DNA of 20,000 bases from Trichoplax sp. H2 (lineage: Eukaryota), in NCBI GenBank assembly GCA_003344405.1, contig NOWV01000103.1:247841-267840 (forward strand), read 5' to 3'. Within the stretch, counting starts at the first letter, position 1; the number at the start of each line of letters is the position of its first letter. Both the position numbers and the translations under genes were made by a program. The notes below the pieces were generated by a model. The model saw nothing but the letters and a program-made list of their open reading frames with translations, did not search any database and was not told where the DNA came from. Below, piece by piece: positions 1 to 12,227 of the stretch.

Positions 1-353
1 AAAAAATAGTCGAGGTGGGTTAATATCATCCAGATTTTATCATTATTGATAGCAATCAATGCAAATAGTTTGGCTAAAAAGTGATTGGCTAATTAGTCAA
101 GGAATTCTCAATATGGGAATGAAATTAATCGACAATAATCTTTAAGAATCAATAAAATGATAACTGGAAATAAAGTAGGTACGGTTATATCTGGAGGAGA
201 AGATTACGTCGAATTTTTTTCTCTATCAAGAATGATATAGATGATTGCAGAATAAATCATATTGATATCACAATCAAGAGGACTAGTTGAGTATGATGTT
301 GAAATATTATCGTTGGCCGAGTAGAACTTTTAAATTAAATAAACGATCGATGC

Positions 354-480
354 ACTTACCTTCTTTCTCAAATAAAATCAAGTTGAAGAGCTTCTCTACA
401 GAATAATTGGCAACGAATTGTAGAAGGAAAGGTGGCCAAAATGGGGCTTTCGACCAGCGTCGTAATCAATCAAAGATGTT
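354..480 (-). other. Putative 5' (probably non-coding) exon with splice donor, belonging to a gene that runs off the left edge
   Basis: The minus strand reads GAAG|GTAAGT at 363-354, a perfect donor consensus. The preceding ~120 nt has no usable ATG ORF. A GGAGGGAGGGGTGG (Sp/KLF-like) tract lies upstream at 543-556. The exon start is approximate. Confidence 0.35.
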
Positions 481-855
481 GATCGATTAAAATGATATAG
501 GATAATATAGTCAAGTTGATTAATAAAGAACGATATTGATTAGGAGGGAGGGGTGGATTAGAATTAATTTTATTTGGTAAATTACATGTCTTTCTTCTAT
601 TTAAAATTATACTTTTGTTATGATAGCCAAGCCTAACTTTGCGATATAGACATGAACAATAACGGGATAAAGACAAGGAAGTCGTGATGGATAAAAAGAG
701 AATGTCAACGATTGTAAAGGGTTGACAGGGTTGGAACCCCTCTAGATTACGTTATCATCAACATTGATGATATGATTGAAAATGAAAATGACTTTGCCGA
801 ATTCAATACTAGTCAAGTAAACAATCATTAAGCAAATAACAACATCAACAAAAAT

Positions 856-1975
856 AACAATTCAACGATATCGATTCATGTAGTAAATTTTTCTTATCTT
901 CCAGTTTTGATGGCGATAAGAGCATTGTATTTCAAATATCTTGATTGCTATAATGTTATCTACTGTAGTATAGATGATATCCTCTACTATGGATAACAAT
1001 CAAATAATATCATCTCGATATAATTTCGTTTTCTTATCTATTGAGACAAAGATAAGAGAATCATTTTTATGCAGTTTAGATGTGATGTTATCTTTGGGCG
1101 ATAATCTACTCCATTATCAATAATAATTTGGCAATATCATTTTCCTTTTCTGTTTTTATGAGAATGTGAGAATGATTTTATACTCGTATCTTGAATGCTA
1201 TCATGTTATCTAGTGCAGCTAGGTTGAATGATGTGCTTAAGAACAAAAATTAAACAATATCATTCATGTAACTTCATTTCCCTTTAATAACGAGGAAAGA
1301 ATGATTTTCGCAGATTCTTGTATTGATTACGATAGTGTTATCATATAGGAGTGATATCCTAAATCATGAAGAACAGAAATCAAACAAAATTTTTTCATGA
1401 ATTTTCAATTTTACTTACATCCTGATAACGAAATGATTATTACTTTATTTTTATACTTTTAGTTAAGACAATACTATCTAGTAGAAATATCTACTTATTC
1501 CTTACATACGATCGAGTAGAAATTTCAATTTTCTTTACATTCTGATAGCGATGTGATTATTTATTTTCTATACTTTTAGTTGAGACAATGTTATCTAGCA
1601 AAAACGACTAGATAATATCTTTCCATACAGTTTTCATTTTTTCTAATGTACTTATTCTGTTAGAATTTCAATAACAATAAGGAAATCGTTTTGCGTATTT
1701 TGATTAAAAGACAATCTAGCAGCAATGATTCAATCACAAATAAAGGTATCCATCGATATTGAAATCATGTAGATAGAAATGGTTAACAAAATGGACTTAT
1801 TTTTATGATTTTTCATTTAACTCTTAGCTATTTACTAGTAATAAGGTAATAACCTGAAATGTGAACTACATTGATAAGATGGATGGATACTGGAATCAAT
1901 CCAAAATTAAACATCTACGATAACAAATATATTTTATGATTTTTCCTAATTCATTCACAATATTATCTAGTAAGA
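856..1975. repeat. Degenerate tandem array, ~9 units of ~117-136 bp
   Basis: An ATGTTATCTA-like anchor recurs at 953, 1085, 1203, 1335, 1471, 1588, ~1709, ~1829 and 1960. A second AACAA..AAxAATATCAT-like anchor recurs at ~856, 995, 1120, 1242 and 1372. Units 1401-1481 and 1521-1598 align closely. Confidence 0.75.
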
Positions 1976-4900
1976 ATGATTTATTTAGCGATGAATAACG
2001 TCGGTGAGATATAGGAGTATTTAAGTCAATGTAAAATAAAGAATTAATTAAATTTTATTGATCCTGTTATATTAATCCTAGGAAACTTTGGCATCATACT
2101 ATGCATAGATTTGCGATATTCATAGCGCCTATGTTGAAATAGGAAGGAAGTTATGTCATTTTAGGTCAGAGTAGAATCAATTATTATCCTCCCTTTAAGT
2201 ATGGGGATCAATAGGGAAGTGTTGCAATTGTTAGTCCACCCCTTATTCAAATTAGGATCAACATAATCTATAATGTAAAAAACAAATTGATCATCCATAA
2301 ACCCATTCAGTTATGCATTATCCAATCAAAATCGACCTATCCAGCCCTGCCAGCTCTGTGATATATTGATCAAGTATGAGAAAGCAGGAATGCTTTTATG
2401 TAAACCGTACCCGTGTTATGAAGAGATATTCCTTATCTTATTTATCCAACTTGATAGCTTACAATTCGAAAAAAAATTAGAAATATAAAATAGATAACTG
2501 TAATTGATTATTAGTATGTTACAGTAAGATAATTAATGTAAATCTAACCTATTGATAAAAGCAAAAGATATTATATAAACAAAACCAATTTTTAAACAAA
2601 ATTTTAGCATGAATTCCATTGAATAAAATAAATACTGTATTTTATAAGGTTATTCCTCATCTATACTACTGAACTTGGGGACTCTGAGTTTAAAAGCAGA
2701 GTTTGTGAGGATGAACTTGATTACTTTAATTGATGGTAAAATAGTATACGAGTATAAATATCATAATTTATGTACTGGATGTGAATTTTTACAGTTGTAG
2801 ACAATTTAAAAAGATATCGTGTAAATGAATAATATTACATAAATACGCTTACTATTAAAAAATCATTGTAAGCTGAAAATTCTGAGTGAAATTAAAGCAG
2901 CTGTTATATACTCGTCTTTGAATACTACTATTTATCGGTTGCCATGTACAAGGCATTAGATAAATATAGTTCTACGTGGGTAGTTGTGTTGCTAATCCGG
3001 TTATCACCGTTTAATATAGATTTTATGATTAAAATTAGTAAGCTCTAGATTTACGAATTAAGCAAAAGTAATCCTTTCACAATATAGAAATGAGGGTGTA
3101 TCTTATAATAGTTAGAAAAGCCACTAGCATTTTCGGTTTCTGATAAAGTTCAAATTTTGATATTAATTTGGTCATTCAAGATTTGAAAATATAGCAATTA
3201 ATAGAACTTTGTTCTCTAACATTTAACTTCGAATAGAATATTGTTTTCGGTTAAGTCACTTTTTTCCTGGTTAACTTTGAATGTGATATTAACAACTTAT
3301 ATGCTTACGAATTAGTTTCACAGTATAGTATCGGAATCGACCTTAGTAGCATGTGGTATGTATCAATAAATAGTTTAGCCGGTGGTGGATATTAATTTAT
3401 TCGTCCCGATAAGTATACAGAATCATCATATTTGACCAACATTATTAAAACCGCTATAGACTGCATGCAATACTGTTATTTATAAATTTATTTATGTTAA
3501 CGTTATTATTTCAGTTTCCTTTCATCTGTTCCGCAGTCATGATGGTTCAATTTTTTTAAACTAGATAACATATTCTAATGATAGTTGATCTACAATTGTC
3601 CCTCACAGTTTTTTCGTTAACACTTTTTACAATACGAATATACGCTCGCGTCCAGCTAAAGCGATTTGTATAGGCGGTATAGATTGAAAATAAATCGGTT
3701 TTCACAAATAATTTCAAGCTAGCTTATTAAAAGCTAGAATTGGTTTGTTATAAATTAATTCATTACAATCGATAGTGATCTAAAATTTGAAATGTATCTA
3801 AACGGCAATGTCGTAAACAATATGTACGGTAATAGCACAGCCTAGTTCTGAAGATTACTGCGGTATAAATTATTTTCAGAATCATAAAAGCTAACTTAAA
3901 ACAGATCATATGAAGACTGCAGACAGTGACGTTCTCATACATCTGTGGAATTCATATCCTACCGTCACCATTTTCACTACATAATAAAAAATATACACTA
4001 TATTAATCGTATCATCAGCAAAAGACAGATCTTATGCGATTAATTTTTGAATCGAATGAATCTAGTTATTATACTATTGACGAATATCAGAAATTATTTC
4101 GATTTCGTTTGCTACTGTATGATAAATGATGATCCTATTGAAAATGTCTGCTTGCAATTAATAGTTATAACTTAAATGTTGTTAGGGGCAATGTTAACAT
4201 TTCTGATGAGCTGTAATAGTTACCGGGCAATACAGGCTAGATTAAGCTTGATATGTTTCTTTAACTGATGGCTAAAATCAAAGCAATTCAATTTGGGCTT
4301 TATAGATCGATTTTAGTATTAGCATTTATGAAAAAATCTTATTTCGTCACGTAGAAGGGAAGATAAGAAGCGATGATTATAGCCTAACTATTAATATTAG
4401 ATAAGTTGACACGAATGCATTGTCTATCTTGTATCTTAAACAATAATTCTTTTTATCATAGCGCGATACTAGCTCTTAAAAAAAGATTCATTGTTTTACG
4501 ATAAGATAAAATATTGATCGTCGTCAAAACATTCATTACTGGAAATAGTAGCATTGATAAAGCGTATTTTATATTTGGGTATTTGAGAAAGTCAAGTCTT
4601 ATGGCTTGCATAGCTATTGCTAAGTGATAACATTAAAACAAAAAAATTTAGTCTGATCATTGGCAATTCTCTATATATTGCTTATTAAGTACTATAGTGA
4701 TATTAAAATAAAGTCATGGATTAATTTAATCATTAATTTTAATTCGATCGTTTATGGTAATCTAGTACGGATGATGTAAAAATGAAATATGGTATATAAC
4801 CGAAATACTTGTAAATAAAATTTATCGAATAATAATATCTTAAATAGTAGCAGCAAGTGAAACCAGTAATTTGGTAATTTATTTTTATACTAGGTTAAGG

Positions 4901-6456
4901 ATTCCTTATCAAGTACTATTTGCTACTGTATATAATATTATCACCAAAATAAGCAACTGGCTGGCTATTTGATTTTTCAGCCTTAGCCAGGATCGTTCAT
5001 CAAGTGTTAATGTGTTAGTAATATTAAAGTGAAGTCATTAGTTTGATAATTTATCTTTACGTTTAATTATTGCTTATCATGTGTTGATATTTCGTGAAAT
5101 GTCTTAGCATAGAAAAAAATTGCAGTTACTAAAATCACTGGTTTTCTCTATTCAAACACTGCCCAGTTTTATGAGTATAAATATTGTAATATCTTAGTAA
5201 GTAAATTTCAATCTAATTTATCCTAGAATGCAAATTATCGATATGAGATTTCTCTCACTAAATAATAAAATTATTTCTTCCCTTTCTCAATACATTTAAT
5301 ATACTGGTATTATTCAATACTACAAGAATATCTTGATATATATTGATAAATTAGCTATGTTAGAAAATTTGGCGAATACGAAATTTAAAGGCAACTTGAA
5401 GGATTACGCTGATATCTTGTATCTTCAATTTTTTTATGCAATAAATTGTTATTGATCCTATTAATGATAAAATAGGAGCACCGGGTTTATTAAATTAAAT
5501 TCATCTCATCCTTTACTACTGTACATTTAAAATCATGAATACAGCCAGAGACAGCTCAATAAAATTTTTCCAGGCCCGTTGCATGGAGGGAAGTAATTTA
5601 TTGAGCAGTTCCTGTCGCAGCCTGCAAATGTAATGTTGATTTATTGTTGCTTTAATGACAAATAAATCAGATTATTTTAGCTATAAATGAGTTTATTATC
5701 GCAAGTAAACAGTTGTTTAATCATCTAAAGACAAGCAAACCAATTCTAGGACTTGAAGCTGAATACATAGAGCTCGACAGTTTTTACTAAGTTATTGGTA
5801 ATGGTAAATCTATTTATAAAATTATCTGCCGGAAAGAATAAGAGAAGATTTTTATATACAAAATGACAGTGAAAAGGAAGGAACAATGAATTGCATTTTG
5901 GTAGTATTACGTCAATGAAATTATTCTTACCGTGGCCAATATTGACAGAATGGTTTTTTGGGGCGCTATCTTTTCTAAGTTATTATTAAGAATAAAATGG
6001 AAGGTTTATATTTTGATTTAAAGGTCAATAACAAATAAATTTTTTAGTGATTTATTTTCGGTATTGATGACTTATTTCAGCACCCCAAGCATTTATATTT
6101 CTTTACAATCAAATAAATGCTAAGAAACCGGTTAACATTAGCAGTCTGAAAGTTATGATTTTAATTAAATCACTAATCATAAAGAGGATCGAGCAGAGCT
6201 CTGTGAGTACTAGCAGTGTGGTAAGAAATAAATCCTAGAAAATAATTAGGGTAATTTTAAATGCTCAAAGGAATAGAAAACAATGCTTGCATTTGCTAAT
6301 ATGAGAAGGAATCCTTAATTTATCGTAATATGATCGATTAACCATTACGGGGACTAGTATTTATATATTTATTAATGATTAAGAGAAAAGCAGCTCCAAA
6401 AAAGAGAATTTAGATGGTTTTACATGTTCTAAAGAAAGAAAAAGTGACATTTATTC

Positions 6457-6925
6457 TTAATTTAGAAAGGTGTGGACAAAGTTTAGTCGATAATACTGGC
6501 ATATTGAATCTAAAATCAACAAAAATGATGATTCTTTATTTGCTATTCAGATATAAATGGATTCCAATCATAGACCGTGAAGCTTAAAGGAGGTTAGCTG
6601 TATTACTGTAAGAATTACATCAAGAGTATTATAAAATATATTTGTATTACTTTTACGTGATTTAGTATTCAATTTAATAGAGGATTGGTAGTCCAATCGA
6701 TATTGCTCAATCTAAAATACTATTTAAAATTGAACGTAATAACTCACTACTACAGGCAGCAGAGTTTGATGCGCGTTTAACGTATAACGACTAGAAAGAT
6801 ATTTCAGATTGCCTCACGCTCTGTAAGGAAAGATAGATAATAATTATATGATATGTTTAATTTAGAAGAAAAGTTCAGTTTAGTAGATAAAAATCAGTCT
6901 AAAATCAATAGAAGTGATGATTCAT
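6457..6925. repeat. Degenerate direct repeat (~70-80 bp copies at 6457-6534 and 6857-6923)
   Basis: Shared ordered blocks: TTAATTTAGAA (6457/6857), GTTTAGTxGATAA (6481/6878), TCTAAAATCAA (6509/6898), TGATGATTC (6526/6915). A weaker possible middle copy lies near 6655-6720. Confidence 0.6.
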
Positions 6926-7178
6926 ATTTAATCATTTTAATACTACATGAATTAATTTCGATTACTTACTGTCCCCGCTACTGCAGTTCAGTAAATATCA
7001 GCAATGATTTACAATCATGAAAGTTGGACACAAAGAAGAGAATTAATATTGTTTGTACAGGATATGCCAAATGAAAACAACAGGGTATTGCAATTCAGTA
7101 AAGAAGAGATAGTGGAGTGGATAGTACTAAATCCATAATCTATGGGAGAATAAATTTTTAGAGTACTATGAAATAATA

Positions 7179-7385
7179 CGGTTACAATTTTAATTATTGA
7201 CTACGATAACGACCAAACAACTTAAGTATTTATTGTAGGGTACCGCATTTACGATAATACTGAATCTCAACAAATACTAGATAAAATTCTCAAACTATTG
7301 TGTAAGAATTCGGTTGTAATCGTAATTATTGACTACAATACGAGCTCAACAACTTGAGTGTTTATTGTAAGGCACTACATTAACA
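7179..7385. repeat. Tandem duplication, period 132 bp
   Basis: CGGTT..TAATTATTGACTAC..AACAACTTxAGTxTTTATTGTA occurs at 7179-7250 and again at 7311-7385. Confidence 0.8.
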
Positions 7386-10300
7386 GTATGATCTTGGAAG
7401 TAGTCGTAAGAAAGCAAATTTAATTTTGTATTGACATGCTTGGATAAAATTAAAAGAAATTACAAAAGAAAAGGCAGTCGAGGAATAAAAGGGGCAAATC
7501 AGGTTAGCCATAAATAGAATGCAATTTTATTTTAACCCTAGAAATTAAAGTGCGGTTAAAATCTAACTGTTACTACTCCACTCTAACATTATTGAACTAC
7601 TGAAACACAATTGGAGTAAGACATTTAATAATAAATGATGCCTATAATTAAAATACGATTTATTGTACCCTTATAGGTATCTATCTGCGGAATTCTTGGA
7701 TCAGATTTTAGTATTAAAGAGTTATTTATATCGTTCATACGTAAGAATGCATACAGTAGTCTATCCTTAATATTTGTCATGCAGTAAATTGCGAGCCAAT
7801 TTAATGTATTCATTGTATTATAGTTCGTGTAATCCTAAATATTTTTTGAGTACTAACGTAGTGTAAATAATTGCTGTTTTTTAATGAAATAATGAATGTC
7901 CTTAAAATAAATTAAAAGGAATGAATATTAATAAGCGAATCTCAGTTCCACATTAATGTGAGATTGCTTTACTAATCTTATGAATTTTTTATTAGCTAGA
8001 TTCCATCAGCCTATATCAAAATATATATATTTTTTATTTCAATAATGCACGCGTATAATATAAATGTTGTTACTTTCACTCAATTACTCGATTGATCATT
8101 TTCAACACAAGTATTCATGAGTCATAAATACCTACTGTTATATTGAAAGTAATTGAGCTTTTCTCTTTTCACAGTATAATAAAATCGTCTGCACCCATAG
8201 TTAACCCTTGATTTTTATTATTATTGATATCGGTAGGCCCATTTCTTAACCAGAATCAAGCCATTAAAATTATTAGATGATCTTTGAATAGCATAATCTA
8301 ATTTTAGACTATAAATATAACTAGTGGTGGGCGTTTTAGTCAAAAAGATGACGACATTGCTTCCGTAATTTTAGGGCTTAGATCATACCTAATTACGAGT
8401 TAGAGAATTAATATTTTCTGAATAAGAAATAGAATATATTTACAAAGGTTTTATTTTAATTAAAACAATATGCTGATCTGCATGTATTTCAGATTGACGT
8501 AATTTTACAATGCTTGGTTTTGTTGTTATCAATATATTATACAATAATTTAAGTTATTTATATCTGATTGTCGTATAGATAAACATACCTTTAGTTTTTC
8601 AATACTACATTGTTCGTACTTTACTTTGATGCTATAGAATCAATCTTATGGTGTTATTATTAATTAATCTTAAGCTAAACACGACGAAAAAAGGCCAAGA
8701 TGCTACTATTAGTCCAATTAATTTTATTTTAAAAAAGTGATTTCGCTGATATTTGTAGTAGAAAAGCCATTAAATCAACATGGAAGCACCCTGCTAGGCT
8801 AGTTTACTTGATTCTAGAGTTTAATATTAGAAAATAAATCATCATCAAATACGGTCGAAACATTTAGTAGTAAAAGAAAGTCCACTTATTCCTCTCTATT
8901 TGACATTGATATTATTCCATTTTATATACGGGTAAGATAAGCTAAGAAGTTATAGAAATTTTGCTTAAGTACCGCTATTTAACCTATTTAATCATGAAAA
9001 AGAATTATTGTAGTACCTGCTATCTTTATCATCAAATGATACGCTAATTTCAGACTGGTAGTGATATCATGAATCATTCAAAACTAATATATAAAAAGGA
9101 TAAAATTCAATCTCCTTACCTATCTTATAAAGATTTCCTCGACAGCTGATGAAAATTCAAGAATCAGCTTGGCATCATAACTTAAACTAATTGACTTCGT
9201 AACTATGAACTTTTTCATGCTTTGTTGTAGTAAAGTTCTATCAAGGAGTAAAATATAACAGGTTGTGTAGACAATAAGGACGTAATTGTCCTAGTTGCTA
9301 ATGAGTTGATAGAGACACAGTTATGGTGAATACTTTATGTTGTGAGTAGGAATGAACAGATTTAGTAAGGGAAATAAGGTGTCACAGTTAATATGGCTGA
9401 GTATATCGCCTTAGATTTAGACAAAATTAAGTTTAGAGCTCCCTACATTTCATCGGTATGTTAGTATCACGGTGTTAAAAACTACCATTAAGTATAAGTA
9501 TATGATGTGTTTATCGTTTTACCGTTGATAGTTTGCCGTTTGGGTTATCGATTGTAATCTAATTCATTTTCCAGTAAGTACAGGTGAATAAGTTAAAATT
9601 ACCTAATTTATAAGAGAGCTCAAAGGTCAGATATTGTTCTGATCATGACTGTCTGGTGTTTTATGTATGATCTAATGCATTTTAAAATAGAGAATAAAAT
9701 TACACAAATTTAGATCTAAGAATGGAGGACAGCGATATCGTCTATTATTATTAACTTCCTTACATTTACTCTGTAGCAGTTCGCGAATATAGATAGAAGG
9801 TATAAAAGAGAGTTTCTTATTTTATCGTTCACTCGTAAGGAAAAGGTACCGTATATATTGTTTTTATTGTAAAACTTAAGGAAGATATTTCTAGTTGTTA
9901 CAGTGAACTGATCTTGATAAGTAATTCGAGAAAGAAGAAGATCTAGAAATATCTCCGGTGCATCTTTACCATAAGAATATGTATATACATATTGGTGACA
10001 ATTAGATAGTAATTCCCCTCCCGATACTAATTAGATTACAGTTCCCCTCTAGATGTTAGGGGTATTCGAGGTAGTGTAAAGTCTAGTCTAGGGGTAGATT
10101 TGTTAGGAGTGAGTGGAGTGCTGTACTATCTTTGCACAATCATTAACTCATGTACAAGTATTATTTCATTATTAACTTCAAGCTTGCTCTAACATCAAGT
10201 TATTTAGCTTCAAAATTAATATTTAATTATTTATTTTAATACTGATCAATATGCAGATAAAAATTAGGCAATTGAAATTTGACATTTTCCATGAATATAT

Positions 10301-10754
10301 TACCCAACTTTTATAGTTAAAATCCCTCTTAAAATGAAATTATAGACTGTTACAAAATTAAAACCATTTAGAATACAATATCATACTTTATCATGTATAA
10401 TTTTGCATAGCCTTAATATTAGGAAATTATTTAAATTACTAAACTACATAGATGCTTTCCATAAGTGTCACGGTACGAACTACCGTGAAGAAATAGATAT
10501 CTAAATTTGGTTAATATAATATAGTGATATTATATTACAACTAGTTACTTACAATAGGAATTACTCTAATTATAAATGTGTTTCAGTAAATTTAATGCTG
10601 TGCTGTAATGTGCACTGAAATGATTCTGTGAATGGACATATTGTAGTCCGACTGTGAAAAATTAGTTAGGTAGATGTTCTCACCTAAGTATTTTTATAAA
10701 ATAACTCTTGAATGTTAGCTGCTGTAGAAGGGTATATAAGCCCGTCAGATAGTT

Positions 10755-10980
10755 GAATAAAGTAATTCTCGGTTGTATAGTTGTTTTAACGTAGAAGTAA
10801 AGGTGTCTAAATTCTTGTGAGGTAGTTAAGGGATACTGGATCCCGGAGACTATAGTAATTTAGAGATTTGTTTTACGTTATCCTTGTCACGAAGCTGGTT
10901 TGTGACAATAAGCAAATAATAATTCCACATTTATTGATAACTTTATCATCTAGTTTTGCATTAAATCATTTAAATTTAAC
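10755..10980 (+). repeat. Dispersed repeat copy, homologous in inverted orientation to the insertion in gene B exon 2
   Basis: TCACGAAGCTGGTTTGTGACAATAA (10887-10911) matches the reverse complement of 18565-18590 with one indel and one substitution. Weaker colinear similarity extends on both sides. Boundaries are approximate. Confidence 0.55.
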
Positions 10981-11000
10981 AGTAAATTGTAGGTTTCTCT

Positions 11001-11006
11001 TTTATT
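11001..11006 (-). promoter_or_regulatory. Candidate polyadenylation signal (AATAAA) of gene A
   Basis: TTTATT on the + strand, ~55 nt downstream of the gene A stop. A second copy lies at 10930-10935. The hexamer is common in AT-rich DNA. Confidence 0.35.
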
Positions 11007-11059
11007 TGTCAGAATTAACCGGATGTACTTTGACTATTGCAGCATTATCGTATTAGCAA

Positions 11060-11316
11060 TTATTGGCATTCTATTTTCCACCGCATATAGCAACCATCAC
11101 TTCGATGATCTGTATCATCGCGATATGTTTGTGTATACTGAGGTGATGTAGACCAACCAGAACAAGTATTTCGGTTACCCTGACATTGGTCATAAGGGCC
11201 AGTTACAAGCAAACAAACTCGACAACGGGTAATAAGGCGACCATTTGCACTAATAACTTGTTGGGATAGTTGATCTATTCGACGGTTGATTTTTTGAAAT
11301 TGAGCTGGTATATATC
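11060..11316 (-). CDS. Gene A coding exon 3: end of coiled coil plus 6-Cys domain (invertebrate MACPF accessory domain / perivitellin-2 C-terminus-like)
   Basis: Acceptor ttttcatttcag| at 11317, phase 1, 257 nt to TAA. It translates (G)YIPAQFQKINRRIDQLSQQVISANGRLITRCRVCLLVTGPYDQCQGNRNTCSGWSTSPQYTQTYRDDTDHRSDGCYMRWKIECQ*. It is 52/85 identical, ungapped, to the exon at 17256-17512. The ORF track misses it. Confidence 0.93.
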
Positions 11317-11683
11317 CTGAAATGAAAATATTAGAAAATTATATTACAGTAATTCAGCCATAATTATAATTGATTTACAACTTCTACAACTTGTAAATTT
11401 GTGACATAATATCTATTATGTACTATAGTTGATAATATAATTTTTTGGTATACCCATTACAGTACTAAGATATTGCTATGATTAGCATACCTTGTGATTA
11501 CAATTTAATTACTTGACATGATAATTATATGATAACATTTTATTCTGCTTTGTGTTATAGATAATCTGTGTAAACCGAGCTACTATATGATGATTTTCGT
11601 TATTAATTTTGCGTAGTGAAACAATAAACTGTTAAGTTTTTCTTAACTTAGTTCATTTCTCTCAAATGCATAACATATCATGC

Positions 11684-11902
11684 TTACATTGCAATAGTAG
11701 ATCAAATTTTTGGCAACTGTAAATGAGTATAAGTTAACTAAAATGAATGCTATTAACCTTATTTTAATTTATTATATCCTTAACTAAGTCTGCGATATAA
11801 TATATTACATTGCAATAAAGAATCAAATTTTTGCCGAGTGTAAATGAAGTACAAGTTAATTTAAATAAATAATACTCGTATTAACCTTATATTAATTTAT
11901 TA
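11684..11902. repeat. Tandem duplication (period ~121-128 bp) in gene A intron 2
   Basis: TTACATTGCAATA..ATCAAATTTTTG..TGTAAATGA..AAGTTAA..TATTAACCTTATxTTAATTTATTA occurs at 11684-11774 and 11805-11902. Confidence 0.85.
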
Positions 11903-11998
11903 CCTGTATAAGCGTAATATTAAATTATTGAAAGTAAATTAGTTAAATCATTGCTATATTTAGGAATGTTGGATATGTGGATTAAATAATCACAGTAC

Positions 11999-12227
11999 CT
12001 GTTATGTTCAGCAATTGCTGATTTATGAGTAATACACTTTTGTCGGCGGCCTTTATTCTATACGTATTGGATGTTACGCTTTTTGACATAATTGAAACTT
12101 TCTCCTGAAGATCTTTCACCTTTTTTTTTAATTTTTTAATTCGATTCAGTAGTTTTTTTGTAGATGTATCGGTCTCTTTTTCGGCAACAGGTGCTCCTAC
12201 ATATTCATCACTTCTGTTATCGTCCAT
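11999..12227 (-). CDS. Gene A coding exon 2: coiled-coil region
   Basis: Acceptor attttaatattag| at 12228 (phase 0) and donor ACAG|gtactg at 11998 (phase 1, joining exon 3 as GGA). It encodes MDDNRSDEY...NQQLLNIT with continuous 4-3 core spacing (L26, I30, L33, V37, L40, V44, M47, V51, N54, I58, A61, V65, I68, L72, I75). This corresponds to ORF 11982..12227 without its intronic tail. Confidence 0.88.

Noticed and set aside
470-676. 68 aa minus-strand ORF
   Set aside because: No recognisable motif, composition typical of AT-rich non-coding DNA, and the Pro run merely reflects the G-rich tract.
856-1975. CRISPR-like interpretation of the periodic motif
   Set aside because: The repeats are not identical, the spacers are homologous to each other, no cas genes are present and the context is eukaryotic.
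7625-7813. 62 aa minus-strand ORF
   Set aside because: No domain signal, no splice partners, and a length expected by chance.
9115-9218. Minus-strand aaagcATG mini-ORF ending at AG|GTAAGG, resembling a first exon
   Set aside because: An in-frame TAG lies immediately before the donor, the peptide is not signal-like, and no downstream paralogous exons exist.
10468-10504. Hairpin TCACGGTA-cgaac-TACCGTGA followed 12 nt later by CTAA (second Helitron end?)
   Set aside because: CTAA is followed by A rather than T, and there is no empty site or second copy to support it.
10868-11056. 62 aa plus-strand ORF
   Set aside because: It has a TTG start (not a normal eukaryotic initiator), is antisense to gene A's 3' UTR and overlaps a repeat.
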